Part shown: positions 1 to 8,984 of the stretch, piece by piece
How positions within the stretch are numbered: the first letter of the stretch is position 1
How the letters are laid out: each line of letters begins with the position of its first letter
DNA from: Eubacteriales bacterium
Lineage (GTDB): Bacteria; Bacillota; Clostridia; Oscillospirales; UBA644
DNA: 37,223 nt
Reading direction: 5' to 3'
Assembly (NCBI GenBank): GCA_045629205.1
Contig: JAZQQT010000056.1
Span: 1-37,223, forward strand
Made by a program: the position numbers and the translations under genes
The notes under the pieces: model-generated
What the model saw: only the letters and a program-made list of their open reading frames with translations
Databases searched by the model: none
What the model was told of the DNA's origin: nothing

Positions 1-35
1 AATGCCTCACTCCCATAAGGAAGTATTTATCAAAT

Positions 36-87
36 AATGAAACCCGCCGAAGGAAAAATCAGATTTCTCTTCGGCGGGTATTTCATT
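36..87 (-). terminator. Long hairpin downstream of the XRE/TPR gene; probable intrinsic terminator and part of a repeated element
   Basis: ACCCGCCGAAG (42-52) pairs with CTTCGGCGGGT (69-79), extended by AATGAA/TTTCATT; similar hairpin at 30909-30937. Confidence 0.65.
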
Positions 88-93
88 TATTTA

Positions 94-109
94 ACAAACT
101 GGGATTTGT
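94..109 (-). repeat. 16-bp quasi-palindromic boundary site, downstream type (ACAAA-TCCCAG-TTTGT on minus)
   Basis: Resembles sites at 1606, 29150, 29708 and 30876. Confidence 0.65.
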
Positions 110-201
110 TTTTTCTTATCACAAACGGAATAAAACAATCAATCAACTATCATACAAACAGTGACAATTTATTCTTTCTATTGATGCTTTGTAACATTTC
201 G

Positions 202-1362
202 TTATTGTTCCTTATCTCTTTCCTTAGAAACAAACTTGATGAGAGCTTTGTATTCGATGTTGTCCTTCAGTTCATCAAAAGCATTGTCACTGAGTTTTTC
301 AAGCAGTAAGGCCAAATATCCTTTTAATGATTTATTATTATGATAGTAATATAAGAAAGGAACTTCACGGAGCAACGGGGTCTTGGGTTTCATAGTATCT
401 GTGAACTTCCGACGTTCAACAAGATCATAATCCACCATCTTTTTCAGCCAGTGAACGGCTTTGTCGGAATTGCCGAGCTTCATATAGGTTTTGGCAATTT
501 GAGCATACAGATCGCCGCTGTCACGAATATGAATGGGCGGCAGATATGCATCGTCCCTGAAAACATTCTCAATGAACGTGCCAGCCGAAGTATATACGGA
601 AAGCGCGTCTTCATAGTTCCCGCACAGAAAAAGAGCATTTCCGTTGCATACCATGTTATCAAGGAGCGCTTCAAAAAGGTAAGCAAAATCACACTGCCTG
701 TATGCTGATTCGTCCCTGTATTTCCGTTCCGCATGAGCGATGTATGCCAGCATATTGAACGTGGTCAGATCTGCTCGTGTCGGTAAACAGTCCGCATGTT
801 CTTTCGCCTGTATCATATTGCCGAAAACGGAGTGCAGCAGCACCATGATCATGTGTGTACGCAGAATGTCTCCCGTATTTTTCCCATAGGACACAACCAC
901 ATTTGCCTGACGGATGCTCTCTGCATAGATGTTCTTTGCGTGTGCCGCATCGTAACAGTCATTATCCGGATATGCAAGTGATAAGCCGTATTCAAGGCTC
1001 TTAATCAACAGAATCATATTGGTCGGATAACATTTCAACCCGTCCTGTATGGTGAGATATCCGCAATAAATACTTTCAGCCGTACAGATGCCATTTTCAT
1101 CATAAATCTGTTTCTTCGCCGTGTCAATGATTTTCATTGCCGCGTCGTCATCGCTTTCGCCGCATACACCGAACAACACATCCGTGCTTACTCCGAAAAT
1201 TTTGGCTATCGGGACGATCTGCGAAACATCCGGCATGCATATTTCATTTTCCCACTTGGAGACCGCCTGACCTGAAACATTAAGCAATTCAGCCAGATTT
1301 TCTTGTGTCAAACCGCGTTCACATCTAAGTTCTTTGATAATCTGTCCGATAGATTTCGACAT
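202..1362 (-). CDS. XRE-family HTH transcriptional regulator with long helical (TPR-like) C-terminal region
   Basis: N-terminal IGQIIKELRCERGLTQENLAELLNVSGQAVSKWEN is a typical HTH_3; ATG at 1362 follows AAGGAGG, so the start is trimmed from the ORF-track 1401; TPR-like segments such as YAQIAKTYMKLGNSDKAVHWLKK. Confidence 0.88.
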   Translation of the reverse strand: MSKSIGQIIKELRCERGLTQENLAELLNVSGQAVSKWENEICMPDVSQIVPIAKIFGVSTDVLFGVCGESDDDAAMKIIDTAKKQIYDENGICTAESIYCGYLTIQDGLKCYPTNMILLIKSLEYGLSLAYPDNDCYDAAHAKNIYAESIRQANVVVSYGKNTGDILRTHMIMVLLHSVFGNMIQAKEHADCLPTRADLTTFNMLAYIAHAERKYRDESAYRQCDFAYLFEALLDNMVCNGNALFLCGNYEDALSVYTSAGTFIENVFRDDAYLPPIHIRDSGDLYAQIAKTYMKLGNSDKAVHWLKKMVDYDLVERRKFTDTMKPKTPLLREVPFLYYYHNNKSLKGYLALLLEKLSDNAFDELKDNIEYKALIKFVSKERDKEQ

Positions 1363-1530
1363 ATTCTTATCCTCCTTAATATCTTTCGGTACCGTGTACA
1401 CAGTTTATCATAAAGTTATTCAGGTTTGAAGCTACCATTTTGATTGATAGTCTCAACTGAAGGTTGGATACTTACGGAGTACTCATTTTCAGTCATTGGT
1501 TCATCGTCAAAGCAGAGAGAAATGCGAAAG

Positions 1531-1558
1531 CTGTCGGAGACTCAGGTCTCTACGACAG
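1531..1558. repeat. Short intergenic hairpin, REP-like
   Basis: CTGTCG-GAGAC-tcag-GTCTC-ta-CGACAG; the minus strand reads GTAG-AGACCTGAGTCTC. Confidence 0.4.
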
Positions 1559-1600
1559 AAAACTCCATATTCTACATTCGTAAAAATAGATGTATACCTA

Positions 1601-1623
1601 TCTCCACAAATTCTGATTTGTCT
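1601..1623 (-). repeat. Boundary site, upstream type, followed by GGAG (AGACAAATCAGAATTTGTGGAGA on minus)
   Basis: 20/23 identical to 29148-29170 on plus. Confidence 0.75.
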
Positions 1624-1712
1624 GCACCCATAACGAGCATCGGATTTTGCCGTACAAAATCCACGTTCGGAAAAAACATCCTTATCGGGCTGTCGCAAAT
1701 GCCGCTGTTGTT

Positions 1713-2699
1713 TTATTTGTATAAACCCATTTCAACAAGTCTTTTTGCAAGTCTGTTTCCGTAAATCAGATATCCTTTATCGTTTGGATGGTAGTCGGGA
1801 TTAAAATAAGCTATGTCGTGAGGAATCAATTCCTGCCCGTTGATGACTGCGATGTTTGTTTCTTCGTATGCTTTGCGGAGAAGATCGTCGCATTTTCTAT
1901 ACCATTTTATATAATCCGGTTCGGCATCGGCGCCGCAATAGACCGGGAGAACGCCGACTGCGGGAACGTCTTTCCATAGTTCACGGACTTTTTTTGCGAA
2001 AGCCAAAGCGTCATTATAAAAATCATTTTCCGATTTGCGGTCACGGTCGTTACATCCGTATCCCAACACTATAAGCTTCGGTTCGCATATTTTATCGAGT
2101 GTATTCGCATCGTAAACGTATCCGTTGTTCCCCTGATTCATAATACGCGCGTTTAGGCGTCTGCCTACTATCGTGGGCATAGTGCAGGACGCATGGCGTG
2201 TGCCTATTCCCTGAAAAATGGAATCACCGAAAAAGAGAATATCGGTTCCCTGTTTATAATACGGACGGAAAATATCGGCATCTGCAAGCTCAACTTCTGA
2301 AATGCAGTCTTTACCGCCTACGGAGAGATAAACGGAGATACGACGTTCTTTCTTATTGCGGAATGAAACAGTGACGGTTTCGCCGCTTTGTGTCTTTACC
2401 CGACGACCGTCTGCGAGAATATCACAGGAAATTTTAGGGAGTTTATCGTTTTTCGGCTCTCCGCCTGCTTTGATTACGACAGATTTTGCATCGGTAATGA
2501 AGTCGAGGCATATTCCGGCGCTGCAAAGACTGTTATTATAAAAATAGTGCTCAAAATCCGAGCCGAAATATATTTTTTTGCCGTCAAATGCAATTTCCTG
2601 CTTTTCAGAAAAGCGGCGAAATCCGATTCCGTTTCCTTCTTTGACGGTTCTTACGGCACCGATGGTCGCTGAAATGATCTTTTTTTCATCGAGTATCAT
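1713..2699 (-). CDS. SGNH/GDSL hydrolase (esterase/acetylesterase-like)
   Basis: Blocks FFGDSI, NQGNNG, GYGCND and DYHPN; ATG at 2699 follows AAGGAGA. Confidence 0.88.
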   Translation of the reverse strand: MILDEKKIISATIGAVRTVKEGNGIGFRRFSEKQEIAFDGKKIYFGSDFEHYFYNNSLCSAGICLDFITDAKSVVIKAGGEPKNDKLPKISCDILADGRRVKTQSGETVTVSFRNKKERRISVYLSVGGKDCISEVELADADIFRPYYKQGTDILFFGDSIFQGIGTRHASCTMPTIVGRRLNARIMNQGNNGYVYDANTLDKICEPKLIVLGYGCNDRDRKSENDFYNDALAFAKKVRELWKDVPAVGVLPVYCGADAEPDYIKWYRKCDDLLRKAYEETNIAVINGQELIPHDIAYFNPDYHPNDKGYLIYGNRLAKRLVEMGLYK

Positions 2700-2723
2700 A
2701 ATATTTCTCCTTTTTCTTTTTTC

Positions 2724-2752
2724 ATTATATGCTAACGCGCTGATCTTGTCAA
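2724..2752 (-). promoter_or_regulatory. Consensus sigma-A promoter for the SGNH hydrolase
   Basis: TTGACA (2752-2747), 17 bp, TATAAT (2729-2724) on minus. Confidence 0.85.
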
Positions 2753-2784
2753 CAAAAAAACCGCAGAAAAACCTGCGGCTTTTT
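2753..2784 (-). terminator. Intrinsic terminator after clpC
   Basis: CCGCAG/CTGCGG stem with T-tracts on both strands. Confidence 0.75.
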
Positions 2785-2797
2785 ATCAATAACTGAA

Positions 2798-5269
2798 TTA
2801 TTTGTTTGCCGATTCGATAACGATTTCACCGTCTTTTGCGTCAACATTGACGGTTTCTCCTTTTTTGACCGAACCGTCGAGGATTTTTTCGGCGACGGCG
2901 TCTTCAACGAAGTTCTGAATTGTTCTTCTCAGCGGTCTTGCACCGTAGACAACGTCAAATCCTTTGTCTGCAAGTAAAGCTGCTGCTTCCGGTGTTACAT
3001 TAAGTGTGATTTCCATATCCGAAAGACGTGCTTTTATGGATTTAAGCATATTGTCGGCTATTTTGACGATATCTTCTTTTTTGAGTTGATCGAAAACGAT
3101 TATATCGTCTATACGGTTGAGAAATTCGGGACGGAAGGTTTCTTTGAGGCTGTCGGTAACATTTGATTTTATAACCTTTTGCGCATCTTCAAAATTGTTT
3201 TCGCGGGTTGTAAAACCAACTGATTTGGGCTCAACGATATTTTTTGCCCCGACATTGCTGGTCATAATGATGACGGTGTTTTTGAAATCAACATGTCTGC
3301 CCTGCGAGTCGGTAAGAAGTCCGTCATCAAGAATCTGAAGCATTATGTTGAACACATCGGGATGGGCTTTTTCGATTTCGTCGAAGAGAACCACGGAATA
3401 CGGTTTGCGGCGAATCTTTTCGGTAAGCTGACCGCCTTCGTCGTATCCGACGTATCCCGGAGGAGAACCGATAAGTTTTGCAACCGTATGCTTTTCCATA
3501 TATTCGGACATATCTATTCGTATCATTGCGTTTTCGTCACCGAACAAAACTTCGGCGAGCGCTTTGGAAAGTTCGGTTTTGCCTACGCCGGTTGGCCCGA
3601 GAAACAGGAATGAGCCCATTGGTCGTTTGGGATCTTTAAGTCCGACTCTGCTTCTGCGAACCGCTTTCGCAACGGTGGTAACTGCGTTGTCCTGACCTAT
3701 AACACGTTCGTGGAGTATTTTTTCGAGATTAAGCAGACGCTCGCTTTCTTCTTCGGCAAGTTGTTTGACCGGAATACCTGTTGATGCCGCGAGTATTTCG
3801 GCAATTCCTTCGGCAGTCAGAATCAGCTGCTCGGACGATGATTCCGAAGACCACTGCTTGCGGATTTCTTCTATTTCGGATTTGATCTTCTTCTCTTCAT
3901 CTCTGTATTTTGCCGCTTCTTCGTATTCCTGATTCTTTACTGCATTTTGTTTCTTTTCGGCTGCCGCTTTGAGTTCATCTTCTTTTTTTGTGAGATCCGG
4001 CGGAGCAGTCAGATTTGAAATACGGAGACGGGAAGCCGCTTCATCCATGAGGTCGATTGCTTTATCGGGCAGAAATCTGTCCTGAATATATCTTTTACTC
4101 AGTTTGACTGCCGCTTCGATTGCTTCGTCTGTGATTTTTATATGATGGTGGTTTTCGTATTTTTCACGAATACCCTGAAGAATCCTGACAGAATCTTCAA
4201 CAGACGGTTCATCTACCATAACGGGCTGAAAGCGTCTTTCGAGAGCAGCGTCTTTTTCGATATTCTTTCTGTATTCGTTTATGGTCGTTGCGCCTATAAC
4301 CTGAAGTTCGCCTCTTGCGAGAGAGGGTTTAAGAATATTTGCCGCATCAACCGCGCCCTCTGCCGCACCCGCACCGACAAGAATGTGGATTTCGTCGATG
4401 AACAAAAGAATGTTGCCTGCGTCGGTTACTTCCTTAAGCGCGTTTTTAAGTCTTTCTTCAAAGTCACCGCGGTATTTTGCTCCTGCGAGCATTCCCGCAA
4501 TGTCGAGAGTCACGACTCTTTTGCCTTTAAGAGGTTCGGGAACCGTTCCCGCATTGATATGCTGCGCAAGACCTTCTGCGATGGCGGTTTTTCCTACGCC
4601 GGGCTCGCCGATAAGACAGGGGTTGTTCTTGGTTCTGCGACTGAGTATCTGAATAACTCTTTCAATTTCCTTGCTTCTGCCTATAACGGGGTCAATTTTG
4701 CCGTCGGCTGCCATTTTTGTAAGATCACGGCCGAAGCTGTCCAATGTCGGTGTTGATGTGTTACCTTTTATGCTTTGGGCGCCGATTCCGACGTTATTCA
4801 TGTTTTCGTTGAATGCGGCTCTGTTTCCGGAACCCGTGCCCATTCCTTCGAGCAGTGTGTTATATATTCCTTCTACATCGCAGTTGAGTGCCGTGAGATA
4901 TTCCATGGCTTTGCTGTTGCCTTCTTTTATAAGAGCCATAAGGATGTGCTCCGTCCCTGCCTGCGCAGAACCGCTTCTTGATGCCTGATAGATGGCAAGA
5001 CGGAAGATTCTCGCCAGTCGCGGTGTGATATTGTTGATGGAAAGTTCTGTCGGCATTGACGTGCCGGATTCGTCCATTATTTTTTCAAGGATTGTTTTAT
5101 CTGTTATACCTGCTGCCGTCAGAAGCTTTTCTGCAGTTGATCCTTCTGTCTGCAGGAGACCGAGCAGGAGATGTTCTGTGCCGACAAACTGATGACCGAG
5201 TTGCTTTGCGGCATCTATCGTATATGCTATTGCACGGTTTGCATTTTGCGTGAAATTATCGAATAACAT
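2798..5269 (-). CDS. clpC: ATP-dependent Clp protease ATP-binding subunit ClpC
   Basis: Clp N-domain repeats (VGTEHLLLGL, AGTEHILMAL), Walker A GEPGVGKT and GPTGVGKT, short UVR-type M domain, GARPLRR; last gene of ctsR operon; start at ATG 5269 after AGGAG. Confidence 0.96.
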   Translation of the reverse strand: MLFDNFTQNANRAIAYTIDAAKQLGHQFVGTEHLLLGLLQTEGSTAEKLLTAAGITDKTILEKIMDESGTSMPTELSINNITPRLARIFRLAIYQASRSGSAQAGTEHILMALIKEGNSKAMEYLTALNCDVEGIYNTLLEGMGTGSGNRAAFNENMNNVGIGAQSIKGNTSTPTLDSFGRDLTKMAADGKIDPVIGRSKEIERVIQILSRRTKNNPCLIGEPGVGKTAIAEGLAQHINAGTVPEPLKGKRVVTLDIAGMLAGAKYRGDFEERLKNALKEVTDAGNILLFIDEIHILVGAGAAEGAVDAANILKPSLARGELQVIGATTINEYRKNIEKDAALERRFQPVMVDEPSVEDSVRILQGIREKYENHHHIKITDEAIEAAVKLSKRYIQDRFLPDKAIDLMDEAASRLRISNLTAPPDLTKKEDELKAAAEKKQNAVKNQEYEEAAKYRDEEKKIKSEIEEIRKQWSSESSSEQLILTAEGIAEILAASTGIPVKQLAEEESERLLNLEKILHERVIGQDNAVTTVAKAVRRSRVGLKDPKRPMGSFLFLGPTGVGKTELSKALAEVLFGDENAMIRIDMSEYMEKHTVAKLIGSPPGYVGYDEGGQLTEKIRRKPYSVVLFDEIEKAHPDVFNIMLQILDDGLLTDSQGRHVDFKNTVIIMTSNVGAKNIVEPKSVGFTTRENNFEDAQKVIKSNVTDSLKETFRPEFLNRIDDIIVFDQLKKEDIVKIADNMLKSIKARLSDMEITLNVTPEAAALLADKGFDVVYGARPLRRTIQNFVEDAVAEKILDGSVKKGETVNVDAKDGEIVIESANK

Positions 5270-5287
5270 TATTATCAACTCCTATAA

Positions 5288-6268
5288 TCATGATATTCCT
5301 TTTCTGAGGATTTCGGCGCGTTTCGCGTCTCTGCTTTCTGCGTTTGTTGCGTCTGTTTCGAAAAGCATAAGAGTATACGGCTGAAGTGAGAGAAACAGTT
5401 TGTCGAGTTCCGTTGTCTCGATGCCGTTGATATTCATTTCGGCGCCCCATCTGATATCGGAATATACGGAAAGCCATTCTCTTGAACTCATGAGGCCGGC
5501 GTAACGCGCTATACCTTCAGCCCTGCGGATTCTGTCGGTTATCTGGGCTTTTTTTGAATATTTTTCGGTGAGCTCATGTTCGACAGAAATAATCTTTTCG
5601 ACTGCTTTCAGCATAACGTCAACGATTTCCGCTTCAGTCATACCCATTGTCATTTTGTTGGACATCTGATACAGACATCCCGAAGCATTACTTCCTTCTC
5701 CGTACATCCCTCTTGCGGTAAGTCCCAGCGGTTCCGTCGCTTTTACGATTTCTCCCACAAAATTTCCTTCGGTAATTGCGGGAAGATGAAGCATAAGCGA
5801 TGCTCTCAGACCGGTTCCGAGGTTGGTCGGGCAGGCCGTGAGATATCCGAATTCGTCCGAAAACGCATACGGAAGCATGGAATCGAAATAATCGTCGATT
5901 TCAAGCGCCTTGTCAAGCAGTTCATGCAGACATTCGCCTTTGCCGAAAACCTGAAGTCTGAGATGATCTTCTTCGCAAAGCATCGCTGATACTGTTTTGT
6001 CTTCGTTCAGCAGTAATGCTTTTCCGTCGCGTTTGTTTGCGAATTCGGGGCTGATAAGATGCTCTTCCACCATTGATCCTGCCTGAATGGGAGAGACTTC
6101 TTTCATAGAAAGATAAGAAAGACGGTATTTATTGTCATCTTTGACTTTATCGTGAATTGTTTTTGTTAGTTTTGCTTTTTGGTCGGCGGTAATTTTGGGG
6201 ATAAACGGATATTCGGAAAAATTACGCGCCAACCTGATTCGTGAAGATACGACGGATGTGTTTTTCAT
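5288..6268 (-). CDS. mcsB: Protein arginine kinase McsB
   Basis: SSRIRLARN, EEDHLR, TACPTNLGTGLRAS phosphagen-kinase motifs; lies between mcsA and clpC. Confidence 0.93.
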   Translation of the reverse strand: MKNTSVVSSRIRLARNFSEYPFIPKITADQKAKLTKTIHDKVKDDNKYRLSYLSMKEVSPIQAGSMVEEHLISPEFANKRDGKALLLNEDKTVSAMLCEEDHLRLQVFGKGECLHELLDKALEIDDYFDSMLPYAFSDEFGYLTACPTNLGTGLRASLMLHLPAITEGNFVGEIVKATEPLGLTARGMYGEGSNASGCLYQMSNKMTMGMTEAEIVDVMLKAVEKIISVEHELTEKYSKKAQITDRIRRAEGIARYAGLMSSREWLSVYSDIRWGAEMNINGIETTELDKLFLSLQPYTLMLFETDATNAESRDAKRAEILRKGIS

Positions 6269-6792
6269 GCGTTATCTCTGCCTCCCTCTTTGTCTTCCGA
6301 AAGCTTTTTTATTTTATCTCTCAGAACTGCGGCCTGTTCGAAATCTTCTTTTTTAATGGCTTCGCCGAGTTGTTTTTTGAGAGAGATAACGGTTTCTTTC
6401 GGCTCTGCCGCTTTTGCCGTGATCGGACGTTTTCCGACGTGCTTTTTGTTCCCGTGGTATTTATTTACGATGGCTTTGAATCTGTCCTTGAATGTTGAAT
6501 AACATTTTTCACAACCTGCCTTGCCTGTATTGTAAAATTCTGTTTCGGTCATAGAACAGAAGGGGCAAACAACAGTCTGTTCTTTCATTGTCAGAAGACT
6601 TCCGGATGATGGAAAACCGAAAAACTGATTCAGAAGATCATTCGGCCCGAATCCGATGTTCATGTCGGTATAATCAGACATGCCGAGTTTTTTTGCGCAG
6701 GCGGAACAGAGAAAAATCTCTCCCGTTTGTCCGTTTATTGTTTGTTTGATGTATGTTGTTGCTGTGTTTTTTTTGCAGTTTTCACAAAGCAT
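6265..6792 (-). CDS. mcsA: McsA, activator of McsB
   Basis: Four CxxC motifs (CENC, CSAC, CPFC, CEKC) and C-terminal UVR domain EDFEQAAVLRDKIK. Confidence 0.93.
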   Translation of the reverse strand: MLCENCKKNTATTYIKQTINGQTGEIFLCSACAKKLGMSDYTDMNIGFGPNDLLNQFFGFPSSGSLLTMKEQTVVCPFCSMTETEFYNTGKAGCEKCYSTFKDRFKAIVNKYHGNKKHVGKRPITAKAAEPKETVISLKKQLGEAIKKEDFEQAAVLRDKIKKLSEDKEGGRDNA

Positions 6793-6825
6793 TTTTATCT
6801 CTTCCTTTCGTTGTGTATGTATAAG

Positions 6826-7284
6826 TCATCCGTTTGAGGCTATTGTCAGAAGCATGCTTTTGAGAATCGCCGCTCGAATCGCATCTCTGTTACGCGGTGA
6901 CGCTGCCTGATAAAGTCTGTCCGGAAGAATGGCACTGAGTATTTTATAGTCGTAATCCGAGATATAGTCGTCAGCGGCAAGATTATCGAGGATAACCGAA
7001 CAGTCAAACGCCGAGATTCCGGAACCTATGCAATTAATTACATGCATAAGAACTTCGGGACGGTTTGAATAAACTCGTTTAATACGAATATATCCGCCGC
7101 CGCCGCGTCTGCTCTCCGTCATAAATCCGAGTTCCGGTGTAAATCTTGATGTAATTACATAATTGATCTGACTCGGGACGACATTGAACTGCTGTGCAAG
7201 CTCATTTCTTTTTATTTCGGTTTCTCCGTTACTTTCATCAAGTAATCGCATTATAAATTCGGTTATTATATCGCTTGATTTCAT
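6826..7284 (-). CDS. ctsR: Class III heat-shock repressor CtsR
   Basis: SDIITEFI, RNELAQQFNVVPSQINYVITSRF, ESRRGGGGYIRI; ATG at 7284 after GGAG gives 152 aa. Confidence 0.94.
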   Translation of the reverse strand: MKSSDIITEFIMRLLDESNGETEIKRNELAQQFNVVPSQINYVITSRFTPELGFMTESRRGGGGYIRIKRVYSNRPEVLMHVINCIGSGISAFDCSVILDNLAADDYISDYDYKILSAILPDRLYQAASPRNRDAIRAAILKSMLLTIASNG

Positions 7285-7305
7285 CTTTAAACTCCAAAAT
7301 CTGCT

Positions 7306-7322
7306 TTTGACTATCTTTGACC
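7306..7322 (-). promoter_or_regulatory. CtsR box 1
   Basis: Minus strand GGTCAAA-GAT-AGTCAAA matches the RGTCAAA-NAN-RGTCAAA heptad direct repeat. Confidence 0.9.
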
Positions 7323-7333
7323 TTTGCAAGTAT

Positions 7334-7362
7334 ATTTTACTGCAATAGTCAGAAAAGGTCAA
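7334..7362 (-). promoter_or_regulatory. Sigma-A promoter of the ctsR operon
   Basis: TTGACC (7362-7357), 17 bp, TAAAAT (7339-7334). Confidence 0.7.
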
Positions 7363-7363
7363 A
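7347..7363 (+). promoter_or_regulatory. CtsR box 2, opposite orientation, covering the -35 element
   Basis: AGTCAGA-AAA-GGTCAAA, one mismatch to consensus. Confidence 0.75.
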
Positions 7364-7387
7364 GGCTGTTTTGCGTTAAAAACAAAC

Positions 7388-7423
7388 AAAAAAACGGTAT
7401 ATGTAGTAAAACACATACCGTTT
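7388..7423 (-). terminator. Intrinsic terminator after the PAP2 gene
   Basis: AAACGGTAT...ATACCGTTT stem followed by a T-run on minus. Confidence 0.7.
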
Positions 7424-7442
7424 CTGCTTTTTTCTCACTGTT

Positions 7443-8009
7443 TTATTGATTTTTACGTTTTTTTATCACTTTGTCTGTAAAATTATAAAGCATGGGACCG
7501 ATTTTGATGCCGAGATAACCGCAAATCAAACCTATAACAGAACCTGCGATAACATCCGAAGTATAATGAGCGGAAAAGAAGATTCTTGAAAATGCGATTG
7601 CCGCGGCAAGAGGAAAAGACCACAGGGCATGATATTTGTTTGCTTTTGATATTCCTACGGAAGCTGCAAATGAGGCGGCGGCATGTCCGGAAGCAAAAGA
7701 AAAGTCGGAAGGCACAGAGATAAGAAGAACAATTGACGGATCTGTGATTAACGGGCGCGGACGTGCGACGATATTTTTTATTAAAACATTATTTATAATA
7801 AGAGCCGCTATCATGGCAAATGCCAAAATATACCCGCTTGCTCTTTTTTTCGGATTCAAAAGAAATACAGCCGCAAAAATAACCCATGGTAAACCGTAAT
7901 TTCCTATCCAACTGAGGAGTTTTAACAATATGTTGGGAAACTCCCCGAAAGAATGAGAAGAAAAATAATCAAGGATATTATTATCGAATTCCATGATAAT
8001 ATCCGTCAT
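7443..8009 (-). CDS. PAP2-family membrane phosphatase (undecaprenyl-diphosphatase BcrC-like)
   Basis: KNIVARPRP, SFASGHA and SRIFFSAHYTSDV motifs, hydrophobic helices; ATG at 8009 after AAGGAG. Confidence 0.9.
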   Translation of the reverse strand: MTDIIMEFDNNILDYFSSHSFGEFPNILLKLLSWIGNYGLPWVIFAAVFLLNPKKRASGYILAFAMIAALIINNVLIKNIVARPRPLITDPSIVLLISVPSDFSFASGHAAASFAASVGISKANKYHALWSFPLAAAIAFSRIFFSAHYTSDVIAGSVIGLICGYLGIKIGPMLYNFTDKVIKKRKNQ

Positions 8010-8043
8010 TTGCAGTTCTCCTTTACAATTTAAAGTTAAATTA

Positions 8044-8072
8044 AGGATAGCATTGTAAAGTATATTTGTCAA
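8044..8072 (-). promoter_or_regulatory. Promoter of the PAP2 gene
   Basis: TTGACA, 17 bp, TATCCT with extended TG. Confidence 0.6.
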
Positions 8073-8114
8073 TAAGAGTTACAATAATTGTTTCAAAATG
8101 TAAATATCTCAATC

Positions 8115-8143
8115 TTGCTTTTCTGTTTTTTATATGATATAAT
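8115..8143 (+). promoter_or_regulatory. Promoter of the transketolase genes
   Basis: TTGCTT, 17 bp, TATAAT with extended TG. Confidence 0.7.
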
Positions 8144-8180
8144 GGCACGAAAAATATAATTAGAGGTGTAAAAGACAGAA

Positions 8181-8984
8181 ATGGAAACCAAAGAATTCGC
8201 TAGAAATATGCGAAAGCTTATTGTAGAAGCTATATATAATTCCAAGAGCGGACATCCCGGCGGATCTCTTTCCTGCACGGATATCGCTGCCGTTCTTTTT
8301 AATGAAGAATTGAGAATCGATCCCGCAGATGCGAAGAATCCCGACAGAGACAGATTCGTTATGTCCAAAGGACATGCATGCTGCACTCTTTATTCGGCTC
8401 TCGCTCTTAAAGGATATTTTGATCCTGCGGAAATGAAAAACTTCCGTAAAATCGACAGTTTTCTTGAAGGACATCCGGATATGAAAACGATTCCCGGTGT
8501 TGATATGACGACCGGTTCACTCGGTCAGGGTATATCAGCTGCCTGCGGTATGGCTCTTAACGGAAAGAGAAAGAATAAAGATTACCGTGTTTACGCTATT
8601 ATCGGCGACGGAGAATCTGAAGAGGGACAGGTATGGGAGGCTATGATGTTTGCCGCTCATTACAAACTTGATAACCTTTGTTTCTTCCTTGATTTTAACG
8701 GATTGCAGATAGACGGCGACATTACAAAAGTCATGTCTCCTCTTCCTTATCCCGAAAAACTCAGCGCCTTCGGAATGAATGTTATTGAAATAGACGGTCA
8801 TGATTATGATCAGATCAGAAACGCAATTGCTCAGGCTAAAGAATGTAAGGGCAAACCCACGGCGGTTATCGCTCATACAATCAAGGGTAAAGGTGTTTCG
8901 TTTATGGAAAATGTTGCTTCATGGCACGGAACTGCGCCGAATGAAGAACAGTATTTACAGGCTATGAAGGAGTTGGATGCGTAA
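8181..8984 (+). CDS. tktA: Transketolase, N-terminal (TPP-binding) subunit
   Basis: SGHPGGSLS, DRFVMSKGH, TGSLGQG, GDGESEEG, TIKGKG, WHG motifs. Confidence 0.93.
   Translation: METKEFARNMRKLIVEAIYNSKSGHPGGSLSCTDIAAVLFNEELRIDPADAKNPDRDRFVMSKGHACCTLYSALALKGYFDPAEMKNFRKIDSFLEGHPDMKTIPGVDMTTGSLGQGISAACGMALNGKRKNKDYRVYAIIGDGESEEGQVWEAMMFAAHYKLDNLCFFLDFNGLQIDGDITKVMSPLPYPEKLSAFGMNVIEIDGHDYDQIRNAIAQAKECKGKPTAVIAHTIKGKGVSFMENVASWHGTAPNEEQYLQAMKELDA

Noticed and set aside
150-197. 15-aa minus ORF MLQSINRKNKLSLFV after the HTH-TPR gene as a possible signalling peptide
   Set aside because: Too short, no signal-peptide hydrophobic core, poorly spaced RBS.
37-309. 90-aa plus-strand ORF
   Set aside because: Runs across the hairpin and boundary site and antisense to the XRE gene end; no family features.
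1444-1764. 106-aa plus and 63-aa minus ORFs in the spacer
   Set aside because: No properly placed RBS or recognisable motifs; they overlap palindromes.
3117-5253. Several plus-strand ORFs within clpC
   Set aside because: Antisense shadows of a conserved gene.
7285-7416. N-terminal extension of ctsR in the ORF track
   Set aside because: Covers the promoter and CtsR boxes; the RBS supports ATG 7284. Similar extensions were trimmed for several other genes.
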